Below, in pieces: positions 57,228-64,000 of a stretch of 64,000 nt of DNA (within the stretch, counting starts at the first letter, position 1; every line of letters starts with the position of its first letter). The position numbers were made by a program, and so were the translations under genes. This DNA is from a virus, in the IMG/VR virus record IMGVR_UViG_3300017714_002439. One strand, written 5' to 3'. The notes under the pieces are model-generated. The model was not told where the DNA came from. It saw only the letters and a list, made by a program, of their open reading frames with translations, and did no database searches.

Positions 57228-57662
57228 ATGAACGAATTTTGGCAGTGTTCGCCAAAGCAACGTCTTAGTTTGTGGAGGCAATTCCGAAAAACTTTAGCGA
57301 GTATGGAATATCTAGAAAGACTACAAGAAGTCGTAGACTTTTGGAGAATGGCACCTATGTCTAGTATGCATACAGACATATATGATTCCTCTACTTGGTT
57401 AGGTCCTTGGGATTTTATATGGAATGGCGAATACGATGAAAATAGTGTAGCGTTAGGAATAGCGTATACATTACAGTTAGAAAGTTATTCACAATGTGAA
57501 ATTTGGTTAGTGCAAAACACTAAAAAAAGTTATATTAACTTAATAGTTTCTGTTGACAACAAGCATATTCTAAACTATAATTATGGTATAGTAAATAGTA
57601 TAAATGATCTAAATGAAGACACAACTATTTTACAAAAAACACAGGTTAGCACGTTAACATAA
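57228..57662 (+). CDS. Hypothetical protein, transglutaminase/BTLCP-like fold (catalytic Cys absent)
   Basis: WLGPWDFIWNGEYDENSVALGIAYTL resembles W.TP.E....GDCEDYAI..Y..L. Confidence 0.4.
   Translation: MNEFWQCSPKQRLSLWRQFRKTLASMEYLERLQEVVDFWRMAPMSSMHTDIYDSSTWLGPWDFIWNGEYDENSVALGIAYTLQLESYSQCEIWLVQNTKKSYINLIVSVDNKHILNYNYGIVNSINDLNEDTTILQKTQVSTLT
57553..57581 (+). promoter_or_regulatory. sigma70 promoter for nrdAB, inside the upstream ORF
   Basis: TTGACA-N17-TATAAT. Confidence 0.7.
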
Positions 57663-57720
57663 CACTTTATACTTTTAGTGTTTATGTAAATAACTAATAC
57701 GCTAACTAAAGAATGGAAAG

Positions 57721-60045
57721 ATGATGACAAATAATATTACAGTTATTAAACGTGATCAAACTAGCGAACAGCTTGATCTAGAAAAAATGCACAAGGTAGT
57801 ATTTTACGCATGTGAAGGAATCACAGGAGTAAGTGCAAGTGAAGTAGAATTAAAAAGTCATTTGCAATTTTATAATGGAATTGAAAGTGCAAATATTCAA
57901 GAAACATTAATTAAAGCAGCCGCAGATCTCATTGAAGAAGAAACACCAAATTACCAATGGGTTGCAGGCAGACTTATCAATTATCATTTACGTAAAGAAG
58001 TATATGGCAAGTTTGAACCATGTAGTCTTAATGAAATTGCTAAACGTAATGTAGAATTAGGTTATTACGATAAAAGTTTTTTTGCCGTTTATAACCCCGA
58101 AGAAATTTTTCAGCTTGATAGTTATATTAGACACGAACGTGATGAGAATATTGCATTCGCAGGAATGGAACAATTTAGAGGAAAGTATCTAGTTCAAAAC
58201 AGAGTAACAGGTGAAATATACGAAACACCACAAATAGCATACATGATGATTTCAGCAACATTGTTTGCTAACTACCCTCAAAAAGTAAGAATGAAATATG
58301 TAAAGGATTTTTATGACGCTATTAGTAATTTCGATATTAGTTTACCTACTCCTATTATGGCCGGACTACGCACACCACAACGTCAATTCAGTAGTTGCGT
58401 TCTTATTGAAACCGACGACAGTCTTGATAGTATTAATGCTACTTCTAGTAGTATTGTAAAGTATGTCAGTCAAAAGGCTGGTATAGGTATTGGCGCAGGG
58501 TCTATTCGTGCCATTAACTCACCAATTAGAAATGGTGATGCAAGTCACACAGGTGTAATTCCTTTTTATAAAATGTTTCAAAGTGCGGTTAAATCATGTA
58601 GCCAAGGTGGTGTCCGTGGTGGAGCGGCAACTTTGTATTATCCAATATGGCATTTAGAAGTTGAAGATCTTTTAGTATTAAAAAATAATAAAGGAACAGA
58701 AGATAACCGTGTTAGACACATGGACTATGGAGTTCAGTTTAATAAACTTATGTATGAACGTGTATTATCTGGTGGTGACATTACTTTATTCTCACCCAGT
58801 GATGTTCCAGGACTATATGAATCTTTTTTTAGTGATCAAAACAAGTTTAAAGAACTATACGAAACAGCAGAACGCAATACTAGATTGCGTAAAAAAACAG
58901 TTCCAGCAATTGAATTGTTTAGTCAATTTATTGAAGAACGTAAAAACACAGGTCGTGTATACCTAATGAATGTAGATCATGCAAACACACATGGTGCATT
59001 TGTAGAAGACGTAGCACCTGTTAAACAAAGTAATTTATGTTGTGAAATTAATCTACCTACAAAACCACTTAAATCAGTTGAAGACGAAGAAGGCGAAATT
59101 AGTTTATGCACTTTGGCAGCTATCAATTGGGGTAACATTAAAACACCTAAGGACTTTGAACGTGTTTGTAGACTTTCAGTAAGAGCATTAGATGAACTAT
59201 TAACATATCAAAATTATCCAGTAAATGCTGCAGAAATTAGCACAATGAAAAGACGGCCATTAGGTATTGGTATTATTAACTTTGCATACTGGTTAGCTAA
59301 GAATGATTTAAACTATCAAGACATAGATGAGAATGGTCTAGCATTAGTAGACGAGTGGGCAGAAGCATGGAGTTATTATTTAATTAAAGCAAGTGCTGAT
59401 CTGGCCGCTGAACAAGGTGCAATACCCGGAACAAATGAAACAAAGTATGGGCAAGGTATTACACCAAATATGACATACAAAACAGAAGTAGATGAATTAG
59501 TTCCACACAAAGAACGTATGCCGTGGAAGAGTTTGCGTAAGCAACTACAAAAAACAGGTATAAGAAATAGCACATTAATGGCATTAATGCCAGCTGAAAC
59601 TTCAGCACAAATTAGTAATAGCACAAATGGAGTAGAACCTCCACGTAGCTTAGTAAGTGTTAAACAAAGCAAACATGGTGTTTTAAAGCAAGTAGTTCCA
59701 GGTTTTGCTAGGTTAAAGAATAAATATGACTTACTATGGAATCAAAAATCTCCAGAAGGTTATTTAAAGATTATGGCTGTATTACAAAAATATATCGATC
59801 AAGGTATTAGTGTTAATACAAGTTATAATCCACAGTTTTACGAAGATGACAAGATACCAATGTCAGTAATGATTCAACACTTGTTGATGTTTTACAAATA
59901 TGGTGGAAAACAATTGTATTATTTTAATACATATGATGGGCAAGGCGAACTCAATATAGATGAACTTAATAATTCAGATAGCTTGCCAGAATACGAAGGA
60001 ACATCAGACCTCGATGACGAGGACTGTGATAGTTGTAAGATATAA
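57721..60045 (+). CDS. nrdA: Class Ia ribonucleotide reductase alpha subunit with ATP cone
   Basis: VIKRD ATP cone, PTPIMAG, FSSCVL, QGGVRGG, SNLCCEI, CTLAAIN, LMPAETS, YYF, C-terminal CDSC. Confidence 0.97.
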   Translation: MMTNNITVIKRDQTSEQLDLEKMHKVVFYACEGITGVSASEVELKSHLQFYNGIESANIQETLIKAAADLIEEETPNYQWVAGRLINYHLRKEVYGKFEPCSLNEIAKRNVELGYYDKSFFAVYNPEEIFQLDSYIRHERDENIAFAGMEQFRGKYLVQNRVTGEIYETPQIAYMMISATLFANYPQKVRMKYVKDFYDAISNFDISLPTPIMAGLRTPQRQFSSCVLIETDDSLDSINATSSSIVKYVSQKAGIGIGAGSIRAINSPIRNGDASHTGVIPFYKMFQSAVKSCSQGGVRGGAATLYYPIWHLEVEDLLVLKNNKGTEDNRVRHMDYGVQFNKLMYERVLSGGDITLFSPSDVPGLYESFFSDQNKFKELYETAERNTRLRKKTVPAIELFSQFIEERKNTGRVYLMNVDHANTHGAFVEDVAPVKQSNLCCEINLPTKPLKSVEDEEGEISLCTLAAINWGNIKTPKDFERVCRLSVRALDELLTYQNYPVNAAEISTMKRRPLGIGIINFAYWLAKNDLNYQDIDENGLALVDEWAEAWSYYLIKASADLAAEQGAIPGTNETKYGQGITPNMTYKTEVDELVPHKERMPWKSLRKQLQKTGIRNSTLMALMPAETSAQISNSTNGVEPPRSLVSVKQSKHGVLKQVVPGFARLKNKYDLLWNQKSPEGYLKIMAVLQKYIDQGISVNTSYNPQFYEDDKIPMSVMIQHLLMFYKYGGKQLYYFNTYDGQGELNIDELNNSDSLPEYEGTSDLDDEDCDSCKI

Positions 60046-60061
60046 TAGAGAGTAATATAAA

Positions 60062-61195
60062 ATGACATCAGTCTTTAACGCAGACAATAAAACAGACCAT
60101 ACTAAAGCAATGGCTTTTATGGACCCAGCAGGTGCAGTTGCTATTCAGCGATATGACACTATGAAGTATAAACAATTTGACAAGCTAACCGATAAACAGT
60201 TGGGATTCTTTTGGCGTCCTGAGGAAGTTGATGTAACCAAAGATGCAAACGACTTTAAAAACATAACAGAACACGAACGTCATATTTTTACAAGTAATCT
60301 AAAAAGACAAATTTTATTAGATAGTGTTCAAGGTAGAGCACCAGTAGAAGCGTTTGGTCCATTAGTATGTTTACCAGAACTAGAAGCATGGATTCAAACA
60401 TGGACATTTAGTGAAACAATTCATTCACGTTCATATACACATATCATTCGTAATGTATATTCCAATCCAAGTATTGTATTTGATGAAATGATGGATATTC
60501 CAGAAATAATGGATTGTGCAGGAGATATATCAGAGTGCTATGATCAACTTATAGAATTAACTTCTTATTATAACCTACTAGGCGAAGGAACACATACTAT
60601 TAATGGTAAAAAAATTAAAATAAGTAAATATGAAATTAAAAAGTTGTTATATAAAACATTAATGAGTGTAAACATTCTAGAAGGTGTTCGTTTCTATGTA
60701 AGTTTTGCGTGTTCATGGGCATTTGCAGAACTTAAAAAGATGGAAGGTAATGCTAAGATTATTAAACTAATTGCACGTGATGAAAACTTGCACTTAGCAA
60801 GCACACAGTCACTTTTAAAGATTTTACCAAAAGACGATAAAGATTATATTAAGATTGCAAAAGAAACAGAAGATGATTGTATCAAAATGTTTGTTGATGC
60901 AGTAAACCAAGAAAAAGCATGGGCTGAATACTTATTTAAAGACGGCTCAATGATTGGACTTAACACACAATTGCTTAACGATTATATTGAATGGATTGCA
61001 GCAAAACGTATGACGGCTGTAGGATTAAAATGTCCATATAGTATATCACAAGCAAACCCACTACCATGGACACAAAAATGGATCAGCGGTGCAGAAGTGC
61101 AAGTTGCTCCACAAGAAACTGAAATAAGTTCTTATGTTGTTGGTGGTGTTAAACAGGACGTATCGGAAGATACATTTAAAGGATTTAGTTTATGA
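60062..61195 (+). CDS. nrdB: Class Ia ribonucleotide reductase beta subunit
   Basis: FFWRPEE, LLDSVQGR, ETIHSRSY, ILEGVRFY, RDENLH, PQETEISSY. Confidence 0.97.
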   Translation: MTSVFNADNKTDHTKAMAFMDPAGAVAIQRYDTMKYKQFDKLTDKQLGFFWRPEEVDVTKDANDFKNITEHERHIFTSNLKRQILLDSVQGRAPVEAFGPLVCLPELEAWIQTWTFSETIHSRSYTHIIRNVYSNPSIVFDEMMDIPEIMDCAGDISECYDQLIELTSYYNLLGEGTHTINGKKIKISKYEIKKLLYKTLMSVNILEGVRFYVSFACSWAFAELKKMEGNAKIIKLIARDENLHLASTQSLLKILPKDDKDYIKIAKETEDDCIKMFVDAVNQEKAWAEYLFKDGSMIGLNTQLLNDYIEWIAAKRMTAVGLKCPYSISQANPLPWTQKWISGAEVQVAPQETEISSYVVGGVKQDVSEDTFKGFSL

Positions 61196-61446
61196 CAATA
61201 CAAATATACGGAAAACCAGTATGCCCTTATTGTGTAAAAGCAAAGGCGTTATGTGAAAGCAGAGGTTTTGAGTATGAATACAAAGAACTAGGAAAAGACT
61301 TTGACCGTGAATTAATTATGGAAGAATTCCCTACAGCAAGAACATTTCCACAGATTGTAATTAACGGTCAAAAGATCGGCGGTTACGATCAGATGGTAAA
61401 ATATATAGAAGACACAAATTTTAACGGAACAGGATATACATTATGA
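61192..61446 (+). CDS. Glutaredoxin
   Basis: CPYC, TFPQI, IGGYD. Confidence 0.92.
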   Translation: MTIQIYGKPVCPYCVKAKALCESRGFEYEYKELGKDFDRELIMEEFPTARTFPQIVINGQKIGGYDQMVKYIEDTNFNGTGYTL

Positions 61447-61736
61447 TAATTGAAACATCTTACAAAGTCGGAGACATAGTAAGTATTAAGCTCAACAGCG
61501 GCGAAGAAATGATTGCAAAATTTGAAGAACAAACAGCAACACACATTGTATTAAAGAAACCACTTATTTTAGTGGCGGCAGAAAAAGGCGTCGGCCTATC
61601 ACCATTTATGTTTACAGTTAGCCCAGAAGCTAAAGTGCGTTTGAATATAAATAGTATTATATGTGTAGTTGAATCAGCGAAGGACGCCAGTAATACATAT
61701 ATCTCACAAACAACAGGTATTCATATAGCAAAATAA
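61443..61736 (+). CDS. Small Sm/SH3-like beta-barrel protein
   Basis: GDIVSIKLNSGEEMIAKF pattern. Confidence 0.55.
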   Translation: MIIETSYKVGDIVSIKLNSGEEMIAKFEEQTATHIVLKKPLILVAAEKGVGLSPFMFTVSPEAKVRLNINSIICVVESAKDASNTYISQTTGIHIAK

Positions 61737-61737
61737 T

Positions 61738-62028
61738 ATGGCAGGAGTTCACAGAAATACAGATAGTCGTTCATGCGGCGCCGCAAATAACGTTGTAGGC
61801 CAAAGCACTGTTTATGTCAATAATAAATTATGTAGTGTAGACAGAGATCCTAATAGTCATGGCGGTGGTGAACTAAAAGCAGCAAATCCACAAGTTTATG
61901 TTAACAACAAACTTGTTGTTATTAAAGGTAATAGTGCAAACGGTGATAACTATTGTCCTTTGCCTGGAGGAGACCACTGTAATCCAAAGGCTACAGGAGC
62001 AAGTGGCGACACATACGTAGGCGGTTAA
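61738..62028 (+). CDS. PAAR-like spike-tip protein (gp5.4-like)
   Basis: HRNTDSRSCGA, QSTVYVNNK, SHGGG, HC...ATGASGDTYVGG with Cys/His metal ligands. Confidence 0.75.
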   Translation: MAGVHRNTDSRSCGAANNVVGQSTVYVNNKLCSVDRDPNSHGGGELKAANPQVYVNNKLVVIKGNSANGDNYCPLPGGDHCNPKATGASGDTYVGG

Positions 62029-62029
62029 T

Positions 62030-63313
62030 ATGGCAGATTTTGAAACAGCGGCTAATTACTTAAAGAACACTGATGTTGATATAGTCACAGGTGTTACTGT
62101 TGATGCAGGCACAGGTGAAGTAGAAACTACAACAACCAGCATGAGTTTAAGAGAAATTATCTGTAGTTTACTTGCAGGTAATGGAATTAAACTTCCTAAC
62201 TTACAGTTATGTTTAAAAATTAACTTAGGTAGATTGTTAGGTATATCAGGAGTTCCACCAGAATTATATAAAGCACTTGCAGAAGCTGAAGCGGCCCTAG
62301 ACGAATTTATAGCACATACAAATATTGATAATGTATTAGCAAGACTTAATGCAGCAATCGCCGAGTTTGCCGCAATTGCTAATATGATTAATTTCTGTGG
62401 AACACCAGTTAATCCAAAACCTATTCCAAACGTATTGAAAGAAGTATTTGGTTCATATTTAGGTGCAGGTAAAGACATACTTGATAAACTAGGAACTATG
62501 TTAGACAGTGACGTAGGTGGTTGCACATCAGGTAGTGGATTTAATGCAGGTATTTTTCAAGGTGGCATTCTTAAAGATTTAGGCGATATTATAGATGATT
62601 TTGGTAGTTTAGCAAACGCACCACAGGCTACTATTGATAGTATGGTTAGCCAACTTAACACATTCTCTTCAGATATGAAGGATTTAGTTACACTTGAAAA
62701 TAACTTTAGTGGAACAAACTCAAATGGTGGTAGTGCATTTACAGATCCAACCACACAAGCAACACATACAGGTGTTGGAACTGCAATTGATACAAGCACA
62801 TTAACATTGGCAAAAGCACAAGGACTTGCAGCGGCATTAAAAGCCGCATATGATAGTTTAAGTGGATATCCAGTTGATGATCTAGGAAACAGTATATTTG
62901 ACTATTTGTTAGATCAGCAAATGTTGGCTAAATTAAAGCAAAATGATTTACCTTCAGTTGACTCAATAGAAAGAACACCAGTTTATGATTATTGTGGAGT
63001 AATTGTAGGATATACAACATCTCCAGATTATTCAGTTCCTAAAAGTTCTGGATCAGCCCCTACAACATCTACAGATCCAGGAATAACCGGACTAGCAGAA
63101 GGCGGAATAGTAAGTAATAGTTCGCCAACTACAACAACAAACCTAACTAATCCTAATCCAATGATACGAAATGGCGTTCCAGCTACTAGTATTGGCAGTC
63201 CAGGCGACAAAAAGGGTGATCTAGCTTCAGATAGCACATATATCTACATTGCAAGTGCAGATTATGACGGATCTACTAGTATTTGGGCAAGAGCTTCACT
63301 AAGTTCTTGGTAA
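62030..63313 (+). CDS. Hypothetical baseplate/tail-associated protein
   Basis: Follows PAAR; C-terminal P.TSIGSPGDKKGDLASDSTYIYIA...WAR motif typical of virion proteins. Confidence 0.55.
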   Translation: MADFETAANYLKNTDVDIVTGVTVDAGTGEVETTTTSMSLREIICSLLAGNGIKLPNLQLCLKINLGRLLGISGVPPELYKALAEAEAALDEFIAHTNIDNVLARLNAAIAEFAAIANMINFCGTPVNPKPIPNVLKEVFGSYLGAGKDILDKLGTMLDSDVGGCTSGSGFNAGIFQGGILKDLGDIIDDFGSLANAPQATIDSMVSQLNTFSSDMKDLVTLENNFSGTNSNGGSAFTDPTTQATHTGVGTAIDTSTLTLAKAQGLAAALKAAYDSLSGYPVDDLGNSIFDYLLDQQMLAKLKQNDLPSVDSIERTPVYDYCGVIVGYTTSPDYSVPKSSGSAPTTSTDPGITGLAEGGIVSNSSPTTTTNLTNPNPMIRNGVPATSIGSPGDKKGDLASDSTYIYIASADYDGSTSIWARASLSSW

Positions 63314-63357
63314 AATCCTAAAAAACCCAAAAAACCCTAAAAAACAAGACATTTCGG

Positions 63358-63386
63358 TTGACAAAAGAGTGTCTTACTGTTATATT
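63358..63386 (+). promoter_or_regulatory. sigma70 early promoter with phased upstream A-tracts
   Basis: TTGACA-N17-TATATT; spacer carries gtcttactg. Confidence 0.75.
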
Positions 63387-63422
63387 ATATATAATTGTAT
63401 TAAATAAAGAAATGACAAGGAT

Positions 63423-63710
63423 ATGAGAGCACAAATATATAATGATGGAATTAAGCGGATTAATGCTAAAATTGAGGTACCGCTTAGTGATGAAGATGTA
63501 GGGGATTATATCTTAAGCGCCTTAACTGGTGAGTCTATAGATTTACATACTTTACAAAGAATGAATAAACGACAACTTTTGCATCTTGCCAAAGAAGAAA
63601 TTAAAACGTTTGGAACAGAAACTCCAAGAGAACGTATTGATGAAATTGACAATGATACAAAGGCTATTGTTAAAAACTATGTGAAACAAATGTTTCCAGA
63701 ACTGCAATGA
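63423..63710 (+). CDS. Hypothetical early protein
   Basis: RBS aagga; downstream of the promoter. Confidence 0.7.
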   Translation: MRAQIYNDGIKRINAKIEVPLSDEDVGDYILSALTGESIDLHTLQRMNKRQLLHLAKEEIKTFGTETPRERIDEIDNDTKAIVKNYVKQMFPELQ

Positions 63711-63724
63711 TTAGGAGATCAATT

Positions 63725-64000
63725 ATGAATAAACTTAAATACGGTATTATATTAACAGCGGTATTATTTGCACAATCAGTGTTAGCAAATACTACACAGA
63801 CTACTATACAGGTTGAATCATATGTGACTAACGTTCAACCGTTACAACAAGAAACTAGAAAAATTGTTAAACCAGTTAAATCTTGTTCAATTGTTGAAGT
63901 TCCAATATACGGCACAACTGGTGGTGCACAAACTGGTGAAGTATTAGGTGGTGCAATTATTGGTGGAATATTGGGTAATCAAGTTGGCGGCGGATCAGGT
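63725..64000 (+). CDS. Exported glycine-zipper 2TM (YcfJ-like) protein, 3'-partial
   Basis: Not in the ORF track. RBS aggag; MNKLKYGIILTAVLFAQSVLA signal peptide; GEVLGGAIIGGILGNQVGGGSG at the window end. Confidence 0.75.
   Translation, partial: MNKLKYGIILTAVLFAQSVLANTTQTTIQVESYVTNVQPLQQETRKIVKPVKSCSIVEVPIYGTTGGAQTGEVLGGAIIGGILGNQVGGGSG

Noticed and set aside
26459-61195. Inteins, introns or homing endonucleases in terL, helicases, uvsX, nrdA/nrdB
   Set aside because: Motifs are contiguous, lengths are ordinary, and no LAGLIDADG, HNH or GIY-YIG ORF was seen.
1-64000. Stop-codon reassignment
   Set aside because: Known genes are full length in code 11, and TAG and TGA both end genes directly before the next start.

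Overview
64 kb fragment of a large, AT-rich (about one-third GC by eye) lytic tailed phage of the T4-superfamily/jumbo myovirus type. It is densely coding under the standard code, with about 78 CDS, almost all on the + strand. In order it contains: a cluster of modular Ala/Thr-rich tail-fibre genes (two with C-terminal S74 chaperones); two glycosyltransferases; an inverted block of neck genes (gp14/gp15-like) with a NUDIX; a host-type SbmA/BacA transporter; gp13-like neck, dNMP kinase, tail sheath, tail tube, gp4-like nuclease, a QueC-like protein and terminase; T4-like recombination and replication genes (gp32, UvsX, UvsY, UvsW, gp62-like, primase, helicase, exonuclease); a 194-aa miniature DnaE/PolIII-alpha-like core; a Pol-beta-type nucleotidyltransferase next to an RNA-ligase-like protein; probable head/internal proteins; nrdA, nrdB, glutaredoxin and a PAAR-like protein. 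The regulatory grammar is clear: near-consensus sigma70 promoters (TTGACA-N17-TAnnnT), T4-late-like NATAAATA promoters and intrinsic terminators. The most notable items are (i) a ~220-nt GC-rich structured RNA candidate with its own promoter and terminator at 33171-33390, (ii) the mini-DnaE in the replication module, (iii) the possibly virion-packaged NTase + ligase pair, (iv) a perfectly symmetric back-to-back promoter pair at 8481-8545, (v) predicted leaderless mRNAs for key replication and packaging genes, and (vi) a palindromic operator-like motif in early promoters. I saw no tRNA, CRISPR array, integrase, reverse transcriptase, capsid/portal or family-B polymerase. All family assignments come from motif recognition by eye; no database searches were run.
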